Part shown: one piece after another, positions 52,560 through 62,618 of the stretch
Layout of the letters: every line of letters begins with the position of its first letter
How positions within the stretch are numbered: position 1 is the stretch's first letter
Assembly: GCA_963548485.1 (NCBI GenBank)
Contig: CAUUUT010000001.1
Coordinates: 6,745 to 70,744, forward strand
Length of the DNA: 64,000 nucleotides
DNA from: an uncultured Streptococcus sp.
GTDB lineage: Bacteria > Bacillota > Bacilli > Lactobacillales > Aerococcaceae
Direction of reading: 5' to 3'
Made by a program: the position numbers and the translations under genes
The notes under the pieces: model-generated
Databases searched by the model: none
The model's input: only the letters and a program-made list of their open reading frames with translations
Told to the model about the DNA's origin: nothing

Positions 52560-53522
52560 ATGAAAAAAGTTAGTTATTTATTCATATTATTACTTATATT
52601 AAGCATCATTTCGCTCTCTGTCGGAGCATCTAGTTTCTCATGGACTGAATTGTTTAGTGGTGGGGAAAGTGCAACCCAATTATTTTGGTATTCAAGACTG
52701 CCGAGATTATTCAGTATTTTATTATCTGCTTCAGCGATGAGCGTCTCTGGTTTATTGATGCAGACGATTACTCAAAATGAATTTGCTGCACCAAGTACGA
52801 TTGGAACTGTCGACGCAGCAAAACTGGGATTGATGATGAGTTTATTATTATTTCCTTCTCCTGGACTATTAGAAAAGATGGGGACGTCATTTGTTTTTGC
52901 AGTGGGGTTTTCGGCCCTATTTATTGCATTACAGCATCATCTATCTCTGAAACAAAAATGGATGATTCCTTTAATTGGGATGATTTTTGGTGGAGTCATT
53001 GGAGCTTGTACTCAGTTTATTGCGTATCAGTTCCAACTAGTGCAAAGCCTATCGTCATGGATGCAAGGGTCTTTTTCAATGATTCAAACGAATCAATATG
53101 AGTGGCTCTATTTATGTATATTTATTTTAATTCTTAGTATTATTTTTGCCCATTATTATACGGTCGTGAGCATGGGGGAAGATATTAGTCGAAATCTCGG
53201 TTTTCCCGTAAAACGGATGGAGTCTTTAACATTAGTGTTAATTGCGCTAACAACGAGTGTAACAATGATTACAGTTGGGAGCTTACCGTTTATTGGGGTG
53301 ATTGTTCCAAATATCGTCCGCATGCGGTACGGTTCTCAAATGAAAGTATTAGTGCCAATGACCATGCTTGTTGGAGCGTGTCTTGTATTAAGTTGTGATA
53401 TTATCGCGCGAATCGTCATTGCTCCTTATGAGATTTCTGTAAGTATCATCTTAAGTATTCTTGGGGCTACGCTCTTTATTTTCCAAGTCATCCGCCTGGA
53501 AAAGGGAGGTGGAGAGCGATGA
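52560..53522 (+). CDS. Iron-chelate ABC permease (FecCD family; PiuB/FatD/YclN-like)
   Basis: RLPRL, N.FA.PSTIG and F.G.IVPN motifs; multiple TM helices. Confidence 0.9.
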   Translation: MKKVSYLFILLLILSIISLSVGASSFSWTELFSGGESATQLFWYSRLPRLFSILLSASAMSVSGLLMQTITQNEFAAPSTIGTVDAAKLGLMMSLLLFPSPGLLEKMGTSFVFAVGFSALFIALQHHLSLKQKWMIPLIGMIFGGVIGACTQFIAYQFQLVQSLSSWMQGSFSMIQTNQYEWLYLCIFILILSIIFAHYYTVVSMGEDISRNLGFPVKRMESLTLVLIALTTSVTMITVGSLPFIGVIVPNIVRMRYGSQMKVLVPMTMLVGACLVLSCDIIARIVIAPYEISVSIILSILGATLFIFQVIRLEKGGGER

Positions 53523-54496
53523 AAAAGAAAACAAGAATCTTATTAGCTTTTCTATCCATAATGGTCGTTCTATTAATCGTTATATATCTAATTATTCCAA
53601 CGAAAAACAGTACAAGTATCTCCAGTTTTGTTTTACAACGACGCTTATTGAAATTATTAGTTATTGTGATTGTGTCTAGTGCAATTCCGATTTCAACGAT
53701 TAGTTTTCAAACTGTTGTTCAAAATCGATTTTTAACGCCTGGAGTTTTAGGAATAGAGTCCTTATTTGTATTTATTCAAAGCGGACTTTATTATTTCGAA
53801 AGTTTACTTGGGTTAAATGTAGAACAGTCTGTTTTTATTTACGTTGTAACCATTGGTGTTCAAATCGGCTTAATACTCTTATTAATGAATGTATCTAAAG
53901 GGTTAATGCTATCAAACTTTAAAGTACTTTTGTTACTGACGATGGCGTTTTCGATGTTGCTGAGAAACGCTAGCACATTCTTGCAAGTATTAATGGATCC
54001 AAACGAATTTGATAAATTACAAAGTTCGCTCTATCCGTCTTTTCAAAAGATGAATGCACAACCAGTGATGATTGGTATAGCAGTTATTTTACTTGGAATT
54101 TTGTTGATTTTATTGATTAAAATGAGACATCAACTAGATGCACTTCACTTAGGAATTGATGCTTCCATTATGCTTGGAATTAATACGAAGCGTCTAAGTA
54201 AAATAGTGATTGTCATTGTTATTATTATGACGAGTTTATCGACGATTCTAGTAGGGCCGCTTCAATTTTTAGGATTTATGATCGCAAATTTAACCTACCA
54301 ACTAACCAAGGAATATAAACATGGAGTATTGTGGCTTTTTTCAGCTGTTTTAGGGCTTGTAATTGTATTGGCAGCACAATTAATGGTAGAACGAATATTC
54401 TTCCTTACAATTCCAATAAGTGTATTCATTGAAGGGATTGGCGGAGTATTGTATTTATTCTTATTAGTGAAAGGAGCAAAACTTGATGCAGCTTAA
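53519..54496 (+). CDS. Iron-chelate ABC permease (PiuC/FatC/YclO-like)
   Basis: STISFQT..NRFLTP and GPL.FLG motifs. Confidence 0.9.
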   Translation: MKKKTRILLAFLSIMVVLLIVIYLIIPTKNSTSISSFVLQRRLLKLLVIVIVSSAIPISTISFQTVVQNRFLTPGVLGIESLFVFIQSGLYYFESLLGLNVEQSVFIYVVTIGVQIGLILLLMNVSKGLMLSNFKVLLLLTMAFSMLLRNASTFLQVLMDPNEFDKLQSSLYPSFQKMNAQPVMIGIAVILLGILLILLIKMRHQLDALHLGIDASIMLGINTKRLSKIVIVIVIIMTSLSTILVGPLQFLGFMIANLTYQLTKEYKHGVLWLFSAVLGLVIVLAAQLMVERIFFLTIPISVFIEGIGGVLYLFLLVKGAKLDAA

Positions 54497-55250
54497 AGGA
54501 GTTACTAAAAAGTATCGACATCCAGTTGTTGATCATGTGGATTTAGAAGTGTCTAAACATCGACTGACTTCTTTTATCGGACCAAACGGAGCAGGAAAAT
54601 CAACGCTTCTAGGGATGATGAGTCGGCTTCTTCCTAAAGACGAAGGTTTTATATTTATTAACGGTCAAGAAGTAGAAGCGTGGAACTCAAGTGAATTAGC
54701 GAAAGAACTCTCAGTTTTAAAACAAAATCAGCAAGTGCATGTCAGTATGAGCGTAGAAGAGTTCGTTCGTTTTGGTCGCTTTCCTTATACAAAAGGGAAG
54801 ATTACTAAAGAGGATGAACAGATTGTGAAAGAGGCGTTAGTGAATACAAATCTTTCCTCTTTTAGAACGCAGGATATTCGAACTTTATCCGGTGGGCAGT
54901 ATCAACGCGCGCTTATTGCGATGGTCCTGGCTCAAGATACGGAATGGATTTTACTGGATGAACCATTAAACCATCTCGACATGAAACAGGCGTATGAAGT
55001 GATGAACTTACTTCGTTTCCTAGTCGACAAAAAAGGGAAATCGATTGTTATTGTGATGCATGATTTGAATACAGCAAGTAATTTTTCAGATGAAATTGCT
55101 TGTTTTAAAAATGGAAAATGTATCATCCATGATACAGTCGAAAAAGTAATGAAAGAAGAAATTCTTTCTGAACTATATGAGATTCCGTTAGAAGTCATTG
55201 AGATCCACGGTAAAAAAATATGTATTATAAAGAATGGAGAAAAACAATGA
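54483..55250 (+). CDS. Iron-chelate ABC ATP-binding subunit
   Basis: GPNGAGKS, LSGGQ and LLDEP motifs. Confidence 0.93.
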   Translation: MMQLKGVTKKYRHPVVDHVDLEVSKHRLTSFIGPNGAGKSTLLGMMSRLLPKDEGFIFINGQEVEAWNSSELAKELSVLKQNQQVHVSMSVEEFVRFGRFPYTKGKITKEDEQIVKEALVNTNLSSFRTQDIRTLSGGQYQRALIAMVLAQDTEWILLDEPLNHLDMKQAYEVMNLLRFLVDKKGKSIVIVMHDLNTASNFSDEIACFKNGKCIIHDTVEKVMKEEILSELYEIPLEVIEIHGKKICIIKNGEKQ

Positions 55251-56206
55251 AAAAATTATTAGCATTATTCAGTTTAGTGGCTGTATTTATTCTTACAGCA
55301 TGTGGACAAACAACAAAAACTGACGCAACAACTACTCAAGCAGCAGTCGAAGATAAGAGTGAAGTGACTCTTACAAATGGAAAAGAAGACGTAACGGTTA
55401 AGACAAATCCAAAGAAAATCGTTGTATTTGACTTAGGTGTTGCGGATACGATTCGTGAACTTGGATTTGTTGATCATATCGTAGGGATGCCGTTAAAAAC
55501 ATTGCCAGCGTACTTAAAAGATTTACCATCAAGCATTCAATCAACTGGATCAATGGTGGAGCCTGATATCGAAGCCATCGCTGCTTTAGAACCAGACCTT
55601 ATTATCGCTTCAGGACGTACGAGTAAATATTTAGACCAATTAAAAGAAATTGCACCAACTGTTATTTTCTCAGTAGACCAAAAAGATTACTGGACTTCAG
55701 TTTCTAAAAACATTCGCTTAGTTGCATCGTTATTTGGTAAAGAAGCTGAGGCAAAAGCAGAGGAAGAAATTAAATCGTTAGAAGCTTTGATTAAGAAAAT
55801 TGCAGATGCTAATGAAAAATCGAACGATAAAACATTAACCTTAATGCTTAACGAAGGGAAGATGTCAGCATTTGGTGCAGATTCACGTTTTGCATTCCTA
55901 TATCAATCACTTAAATTCAAAGCGACTGATGCAAAAATTGAAGATAGCAGACATGGCCAAGAAATGAGTTTTGAAGGGATTAAAGAAATTAATCCAGATA
56001 CAATTGTTCTGCTTAATAGAACGTTAGCGATTGGTGGAGATAACTCAAATGCAGATACTGTTTTAAATAATGAATTATTCAAAGAAACTAACGCTGTGAA
56101 AAATAACCGAGTGATTCAATTGACTTCTGACTTATGGTATTTAAGTGGCGGTGGATTACAATCTACGAAATTAATGATTGAAGATATTCAAAAAGTACTT
56201 CAATAA
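55247..56206 (+). CDS. Catechol-siderophore-binding lipoprotein (PiuA/FatB/CeuE-like)
   Basis: Lipobox LTAC; SRF, SRHG and LWYLSGGG motifs with the His/Tyr iron ligands of CeuE/PiuA-type proteins. Confidence 0.9.
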   Translation: MKKLLALFSLVAVFILTACGQTTKTDATTTQAAVEDKSEVTLTNGKEDVTVKTNPKKIVVFDLGVADTIRELGFVDHIVGMPLKTLPAYLKDLPSSIQSTGSMVEPDIEAIAALEPDLIIASGRTSKYLDQLKEIAPTVIFSVDQKDYWTSVSKNIRLVASLFGKEAEAKAEEEIKSLEALIKKIADANEKSNDKTLTLMLNEGKMSAFGADSRFAFLYQSLKFKATDAKIEDSRHGQEMSFEGIKEINPDTIVLLNRTLAIGGDNSNADTVLNNELFKETNAVKNNRVIQLTSDLWYLSGGGLQSTKLMIEDIQKVLQ

Positions 56207-56240
56207 TGAACTGAAACGATAACAGCTATAATATCTGAAA

Positions 56241-56282
56241 AGAAAAGAGGTGTACCGCAATGCGGTACACCTCTTCGTTCTT
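56241..56282. terminator. Bidirectional terminator between the iron ABC operon and rnjA
   Basis: AAGAGGTGTACCGCA-A-TGCGGTACACCTCTT. Confidence 0.85.
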
Positions 56283-57980
56283 TTATTCTAAAGCATCTGC
56301 TTCAGTAACTCCTAGAATTACTGGAAGGATCATTGGATGACGTTCTGTTTTCTTGAACAGGAACGGTCCTAAAACATCCGTAATTTTGTTACGTAATACG
56401 CGTTCGTTTAATACTTCTTCTGAATCTGCCAAAAGTTCTTCAAGTTCATCGCGAAGAATGGCTTGTGCTTCGTTTAGAAGTTGCCCGGATTCTTTCATGT
56501 AGATAAATCCACGAGAGAGCATATCTGGACCTGCTACTAACTCACGGCTTTCATAGTCAACAGTGGCTACACAGATGACTAAACCATCTTGAGAGAGTGT
56601 CTTACGATCGCGAAGAACGATGTTTCCGATATCTCCGATACCATTTCCATCGACATAAACATCTCCAGCAAAGAAGTGACCCGCTCTACGTGCTGAGTCT
56701 GCAGTAACTGCTAGAACATCGCCGTTACTTAAGATAAATGAGTTTTCTTTCGGAATTCCCACTTGAGTTGCAAGATTTGCTTGAATCTTCTGCATACGAT
56801 ATTCACCGTGGACTGGAACGAAGTATTTAGGCTTCATTAAACGAAGCATTAATTTTTGTTCTTCTTGAGAACCGTGTCCAGATGTGTGAATATTGTTTAC
56901 TTTACCGTGAATCACTTCAGCACCAGCTTCAGATAGAAGGTTGATGACGCGGTTAACGCTTGAAGTGTTTCCTGGAATTGGTGAACTGGAGAAGATAACT
57001 GTATCCCCAGGTTGAATGGAAATTTGGCGGTGAGTCCCATTTGCGATACGACTAAGTGCCGCCATTGGTTCCCCTTGAGAACCTGTACATAAAATAATGA
57101 CTTTCTCAGAAGGGTATTGATTAATCTCACGCCCATCGATAAAAGTATCATCTGGAGCCTTGATATAACCTAATTCACGAGCAGTGCGGAAGCTGGCTTC
57201 CATACTACGTCCAAATACAGCTAATTTACGGCCAGTTGCTACAGCCACATCCGTTACTTGTTTTAGACGAGAAACGTTTGATGCGAATGTCGCAAAAATG
57301 ATACGGCCATCTACGCGTTGGATAATTTCTTTAATTGATTTACCAACTACTTGTTCAGATTGAGTAAATCCAGGTACCTCAGAGTTTGTACTGTCTCCTA
57401 AAAGAACAAGAACGCCTTCTGAGCCAATTTGTGCCATACGGTGAAGGTTTGCGGGTTCTCCAACTGGAGTGAAGTCAAACTTATAGTCACCCGTGAACAC
57501 GATGTTACCTGGAGGAGTCTTAATCACAATCCCAAATGCATCTGGAATAGAGTGGGTAGTGCGATAGAAACTCACTTGCGTTTTACGGAATTTAATCACA
57601 CTGTCTTCATCAATTTCGTGAAGAATAGCATCTCTTAAAAGTCCGTGTTCTTCTAATTTATTTCGAATTAAAGACATCGCCAGTTTTGTTGCGTAAATAG
57701 GGATGTTCGCTTGTTTAATTAAGAAAGGAATCCCACCAATATGGTCTTCGTGTCCGTGCGAAATAAATAGACCTTTTACTTTATTAATATTTTGAACGAT
57801 ATAACTGTAATCGGGAATCACATAGTCGATTCCAAGTAAATCATCCTCAGGGAATTTAATACCGGCATCCAAAATGATAAGCTCATCTTGGAATTGAACG
57901 CCATATGTGTTTTTACCGATTTCACCTAAACCGCCAAAAGCAAATACGCCCGTTTCGTTATTTTTAATATTTGGTTTCAT
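56283..57980 (-). CDS. rnjA: Ribonuclease J1
   Basis: [21 protein letters not shown] and HTSGH motifs; downstream of rpoY. Confidence 0.95.
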   Translation of the reverse strand: MKPNIKNNETGVFAFGGLGEIGKNTYGVQFQDELIILDAGIKFPEDDLLGIDYVIPDYSYIVQNINKVKGLFISHGHEDHIGGIPFLIKQANIPIYATKLAMSLIRNKLEEHGLLRDAILHEIDEDSVIKFRKTQVSFYRTTHSIPDAFGIVIKTPPGNIVFTGDYKFDFTPVGEPANLHRMAQIGSEGVLVLLGDSTNSEVPGFTQSEQVVGKSIKEIIQRVDGRIIFATFASNVSRLKQVTDVAVATGRKLAVFGRSMEASFRTARELGYIKAPDDTFIDGREINQYPSEKVIILCTGSQGEPMAALSRIANGTHRQISIQPGDTVIFSSSPIPGNTSSVNRVINLLSEAGAEVIHGKVNNIHTSGHGSQEEQKLMLRLMKPKYFVPVHGEYRMQKIQANLATQVGIPKENSFILSNGDVLAVTADSARRAGHFFAGDVYVDGNGIGDIGNIVLRDRKTLSQDGLVICVATVDYESRELVAGPDMLSRGFIYMKESGQLLNEAQAILRDELEELLADSEEVLNERVLRNKITDVLGPFLFKKTERHPMILPVILGVTEADALE

Positions 57981-57981
57981 G

Positions 57982-58197
57982 TTATTTGAACACCGTTAAT
58001 TTAAACTCAGGGTTTTGTTTTTCGTAAGCTAAGTGTTTTTCATCTAGCTCTTGGATAAACTCTACGTTGTATTCAGTATTTTCATCCACAAGGCGGCGGG
58101 CTTCTACCTTGTCACTAGCTTCAATGTATAAAGCTTCTGTGTTCTCACGACGTGGAGCTTCCGTTTTAGTTGGTTGGTAAGTAATTTTAAAAATCAT
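57982..58197 (-). CDS. rpoY: RNA polymerase epsilon subunit
   Basis: MIFKI.YQ...PRRE.T..LY pattern; rpoY-rnjA operon. Confidence 0.9.
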   Translation of the reverse strand: MIFKITYQPTKTEAPRRENTEALYIEASDKVEARRLVDENTEYNVEFIQELDEKHLAYEKQNPEFKLTVFK

Positions 58198-58271
58198 GTA
58201 TGTACTCCTTTAAATTTTTTTCATAATGTTTCTATCATATTTTATCATAAAATGCCTATTTTTTCATAATC

Positions 58272-58979
58272 TTAAAGGCTGATAAGTGCCTCTTTTTCCA
58301 ATTTTGAGAGTAATTCTTTTGGACTCGATAAAGCTTTTGGGTTTCCATCAGATTTCTCTTCATCAAATTTGAAATAAATGGTATTCCAATTTCTGTTTTT
58401 GGCGCCTTCAATATCATTAACAAGGTCATCGCCAATCATCCAGAAGTCGTGTGTGTTAACATTTGGAAAAAGTTGCTCAACATTCTTAAAGGCTTCTGCT
58501 TGTGGTTTTGGAACACCAGTCGTCTCTGAAATGAAGATTCTAGATGAGTCGAACCATTTTTCCAATCCAAGAGATGTAATTTTTTTCGATTGATGGCGCG
58601 TAGGACCATTTGTTAGAAGAACGAGAGTAGAGTGGCTTGTCACTTTGTCAAAAAAGAGATGCCATTCTTTATCTAATTCGATATGATCCATTACATATTG
58701 ATAGGTTTCCTTAAAACGAATCACAGATGCTTTAGAAAAATCAAGTCCAAGAGATGAAAGGGTACTTTCAACACGAGAGAAGTGATTTTCTTCTAAAGTG
58801 ATTTGGCCCTTCGTAAATAATTCAAAAGCAATTTCGCTTTTTTCTTGATAAACCTTATACACATCAATATCCGTTGAAAATGTGGGATAACATTTCTTTA
58901 AGGCTGTTAAAAAGACTTGCTGTTTTGAATAGAGTGTATCATCTAAATCGAACACTAATACGGGTGTCTTATTCGCCAA
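58272..58979 (-). CDS. HAD-superfamily hydrolase
   Basis: DLDDT, LTNG, KP and GDDLVND motifs; TTG start at 58979 after AAAGGAG, overlapping the def 3' end. Confidence 0.85.
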   Translation of the reverse strand: MANKTPVLVFDLDDTLYSKQQVFLTALKKCYPTFSTDIDVYKVYQEKSEIAFELFTKGQITLEENHFSRVESTLSSLGLDFSKASVIRFKETYQYVMDHIELDKEWHLFFDKVTSHSTLVLLTNGPTRHQSKKITSLGLEKWFDSSRIFISETTGVPKPQAEAFKNVEQLFPNVNTHDFWMIGDDLVNDIEGAKNRNWNTIYFKFDEEKSDGNPKALSSPKELLSKLEKEALISL

Positions 58980-59529
58980 TGACAACTGCTCCTTTAGGAA
59001 TATACATTGGTTGTGTTTTATTAATATGGTCGTAGAACATGACACCGTTTAAATGGTCAATTTCGTGTTGTACAACGATAGATTCATAGTCCGTTAATGT
59101 ACGTACGAATTCATCACCATTCACATCTTGATATTTTACAGTGACACGTTCGCTTCGAAGTACGATTCCAGGTACGTCTCGTTCAACTGAAAGACAGCCT
59201 TCACCTTCTTTAAGGCAAGCCTTCTTCACAGATTCACGCATAATTCGAGGGTTGATCCATACTTCGTTTAAAATTGGTTCTTCATCTTCAAAACCAGGAA
59301 CGAGAAGAGCAATCATTTGAATGGATTTGCCAAGTTGAGGTGCTGCAAGACCAACACCTGCACGTAATTCATATTTTTCAGCAATTTCTGGGTTTTGACT
59401 ATTATGTAAAAACTCTAACATTTCTTTAGCAAGTTCTTGTTGTTCTTGTGTTAGTGGGAAAGTTAGCTTTTCAGCACGTTTTCTAAGGGCTGGATGTCCC
59501 TCTAACACGATATCTTTCATTGTAATCAT
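58969..59529 (-). CDS. def: Peptide deformylase
   Basis: GVGLAAPQ, EGCLS and HEIDH motifs. Confidence 0.97.
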   Translation of the reverse strand: MITMKDIVLEGHPALRKRAEKLTFPLTQEQQELAKEMLEFLHNSQNPEIAEKYELRAGVGLAAPQLGKSIQMIALLVPGFEDEEPILNEVWINPRIMRESVKKACLKEGEGCLSVERDVPGIVLRSERVTVKYQDVNGDEFVRTLTDYESIVVQHEIDHLNGVMFYDHINKTQPMYIPKGAVVIGE

Positions 59530-59702
59530 GGTTAACTCCTTTATTGGTTCATAAATCTGTTTCTAAGTATACCATTTTTCACCCTAGAAACCAATCAGGG
59601 CCTTTGTTTTTCAAATTTTTTCATAAGAGAAAAGAGAATACTATAAATGACTTTCAGATTCTGTTACAATAGAAAGGAAATACGTGTAAAGGAATGGATA
59701 AT

Positions 59703-60476
59703 ATGCTTTTTTGGAAGAAACAATCAAAACCACAAGAAACAACAGAATCTGTTTCAATTGATCGAGAAAATATCCCACAACATATTGCTGTCATTATGGA
59801 CGGTAACGGTCGTTGGGCAAAGAAACGCAATCTTCCTAGAATTGCGGGACATAAAGAAGGCATGAGTACAGTGAAACGAATCGCCATTGCTGCTGATGAA
59901 TTAGGAGTAAAGGCGATGACCTTATATGCGTTTAGTACAGAAAATTGGAAACGTCCAACGGAAGAAGTCAGTTTCTTAATGAAACTACCAGGGGACTTTT
60001 TCGGAACGTTTATGCCTGAACTTCAAGAAAGAAATATGAAAATCCAACTGATCGGATTTATTGATGAATTACCTGAATCAACAAAACAAGTAGTACTAAA
60101 AGCTGTTGAAGATACAAAAAATAACACGGGTATGGTGTTAACATTTGCTCTCAACTATGGATCGCGTGCTGAAATTATCGAAGCAACAAAGACTCTTGCA
60201 AGACGTGTGGAAAGAGGAGAGTTAGCTGTTGATGATATCGAGGAAGCTTTATTCGAGCGGGAATTACAAACAAGTTTCCTAGGAGAATTACAAGATCCGG
60301 ATTTAATGATTCGTACAAGCGGAGAAGTACGATTAAGTAATTTCTTATTATGGCAATTGGCGTACAGTGAATATTACTTTACAGATATTTTCTGGCCAGA
60401 TTTTTCCAAAGAAGATTTACATAAAGCGATTCTAACTTATCAAGGAAGACATCGTCGTTATGGAGGTCTTGCTTAG
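59703..60476 (+). CDS. uppS: Undecaprenyl diphosphate synthase
   Basis: IMDGNGRWA, FSTENW and RTSGE.RLSNF motifs; alternative ATG at 59694. Confidence 0.96.
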   Translation: MLFWKKQSKPQETTESVSIDRENIPQHIAVIMDGNGRWAKKRNLPRIAGHKEGMSTVKRIAIAADELGVKAMTLYAFSTENWKRPTEEVSFLMKLPGDFFGTFMPELQERNMKIQLIGFIDELPESTKQVVLKAVEDTKNNTGMVLTFALNYGSRAEIIEATKTLARRVERGELAVDDIEEALFERELQTSFLGELQDPDLMIRTSGEVRLSNFLLWQLAYSEYYFTDIFWPDFSKEDLHKAILTYQGRHRRYGGLA

Positions 60477-61277
60477 ATGAAACAAAGAGTGGTTACTGCA
60501 ATCATTGCTGTTTGTATATTTTTACCAATACTTTATGTCGGTGATATTTGGTTACGTACGCTACTAGCTCTGTTAGCAATCGTTGGAATTTATGAGTTCT
60601 TCCAAATGAAAAAAATGAATATTTTTTCAATAGAAGGTTCTCTCACGTTACTGGCTACATTGTCATTTTTATTTTCACAAAAACCATTAGTCGCGTTGCC
60701 AAGAGGAATTGATTACTTCTTCTTTTATTTCTTAATCGTAATGCTACTGATGACATTAACCGTATATAAGAGTGATCGTTTTTCTTTTGAGGATGCGGCA
60801 TTTTGTTCGCTCATTTCTTTATACGTTGGTGGGGGATTCTCTGGAATTCTTTTTGTCAGAAGTATTAGTTTTGGAATGGCGATTTTTGTCTTCCTAGTCA
60901 TTTGGGGAACAGATTCATTCGCGTATTTAGCTGGACGCAGATTTGGAAAACATAAATTAGCTCCAGATATTAGCCCAAATAAAACCATTGAAGGTTCTAT
61001 TGGCGGTGTTCTCGGTTCTGTATTACTAGGATTATTGGTGGTTCCGTTTTATAACCCAGTTAAATTCTCAGTATTTGAATTTGTGCTCTTAATGATTTGT
61101 TTATCCATTTTTGGGCAATTGGGAGACTTAGTAGAGTCTGCTTACAAGCGACAATTTAACGTAAAAGATTCTGGAAACTTATTCCCAGGGCATGGCGGAG
61201 TTTTGGATCGTTTCGATTCAACTTTCTTTGCGATGTTTATGTTCCAAATCGTATTTAAATTCTTTGGGGATATTTAA
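60477..61277 (+). CDS. cdsA: Phosphatidate cytidylyltransferase
   Basis: SPNKT.EG and KDSG..PGHGG.LDRFD motifs. Confidence 0.96.
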   Translation: MKQRVVTAIIAVCIFLPILYVGDIWLRTLLALLAIVGIYEFFQMKKMNIFSIEGSLTLLATLSFLFSQKPLVALPRGIDYFFFYFLIVMLLMTLTVYKSDRFSFEDAAFCSLISLYVGGGFSGILFVRSISFGMAIFVFLVIWGTDSFAYLAGRRFGKHKLAPDISPNKTIEGSIGGVLGSVLLGLLVVPFYNPVKFSVFEFVLLMICLSIFGQLGDLVESAYKRQFNVKDSGNLFPGHGGVLDRFDSTFFAMFMFQIVFKFFGDI

Positions 61278-61291
61278 AAGAGGTGAAGTCA

Positions 61292-62557
61292 GTGCAAGGA
61301 GTCATTGCATTTTTATTTGTATTTAGTATTATCGTGATTATTCATGAATTTGGACATTACTATTTTGCAAAGAAAGCGGGTATTTTAGTCCGTGAATTTG
61401 CTATTGGTATGGGACCAAAAATCTTCCAAGTCCGTAAAGGTGAAACAGTTTATACACTTCGCTTATTACCAATTGGTGGATATGTTCGAATGGCAGGACA
61501 CGATGAAGATGAACAAGAAATTAAACCGGGGATGATGATTACAATCGTTCTTGATAGTGAGAATGTTGTTCAAAAACTTAACTTTGACGATAAAATTATT
61601 ATCGAGAATTCTGTCCCTTTCCAAATCGAAGATGCAGATTTGCATAAAGAGATGACATTAACTGGATACTTCATTAATTCTGAAGAGAAGGTTACATTAT
61701 CTGTTTCGAAAACTGCAACAATTATTGAGTCAGATGGAACAGAGGTCGTTGTGGCGCCAGTTGAGCGTCAGTTCAATTCAGCAACATTATGGAACAGAAT
61801 TAAAACAAACGCTGCTGGTCCGATGAACAACTTTATTTTATCGATTCTAGTGTTCATCATTGTTGGGTTCATGCAAGGTGGAGTTCCATCTAATGATGCA
61901 ACAATCGGCCAAGTCACAGACAATTCTGCAGCCCTTGTAGCAGGTCTAAAAGAGGGAGATAAAGTCATTTCCATTGATGGTGTTGAAATTCATTCATGGG
62001 ATGAAATGACAAAAATTGTTCGTTCAAGTGCAGACAAAGCTTTATCTGTATCCATTGAACGTGACGGGAAAACTCAGGAAGTCCAAGTAACACCAAAAGC
62101 TGTAGAAGCATCCGATGGTTCAAAGATAGGGCAATTAGGAGTCACAAGAGTTCTTAAGAATGATATTCTGTCAATTCTTGCTTATGGCTTTACTCAAACA
62201 GTTTCTGTCGTTGTATTAGTTCTTTCTGCATTAGGTTCACTCTTTACACGAGGATTTAATTTGAATCAACTCGGGGGACCAGTTGCTATTTATTCTATGA
62301 CTTCACAAGTTGCTAAAAATGGATTCCTTGATTTGTTAGCATTCATGGGAATGATTAGTGCCAACCTTGGTGTCATGAACTTGTTACCAATTCCAGCGCT
62401 AGATGGTGGGAAACTCGTTCTGAATGTCATTGAAGGTATTCGTAAGAAACCACTCGATCCTGAAAAAGAAGGATATTTAACGATTGCAGGAGCGATTTTC
62501 CTATTTGCGTTAATGCTTCTTGTAACATGGAACGATATTATGAAATTATTTAATTAA
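61292..62557 (+). CDS. rseP: RIP metalloprotease RseP/Eep
   Basis: HEFGH, PDZ domain and NLLPIPALDGG; GTG start at 61292 or 61283. Confidence 0.95.
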   Translation: MQGVIAFLFVFSIIVIIHEFGHYYFAKKAGILVREFAIGMGPKIFQVRKGETVYTLRLLPIGGYVRMAGHDEDEQEIKPGMMITIVLDSENVVQKLNFDDKIIIENSVPFQIEDADLHKEMTLTGYFINSEEKVTLSVSKTATIIESDGTEVVVAPVERQFNSATLWNRIKTNAAGPMNNFILSILVFIIVGFMQGGVPSNDATIGQVTDNSAALVAGLKEGDKVISIDGVEIHSWDEMTKIVRSSADKALSVSIERDGKTQEVQVTPKAVEASDGSKIGQLGVTRVLKNDILSILAYGFTQTVSVVVLVLSALGSLFTRGFNLNQLGGPVAIYSMTSQVAKNGFLDLLAFMGMISANLGVMNLLPIPALDGGKLVLNVIEGIRKKPLDPEKEGYLTIAGAIFLFALMLLVTWNDIMKLFN

Positions 62558-62618
62558 ACAAGAGAGTGTCTCTACGATGGTGGAGCACTCTTCTTATGTA
62601 ATAAAAAAGGAGGAAACC

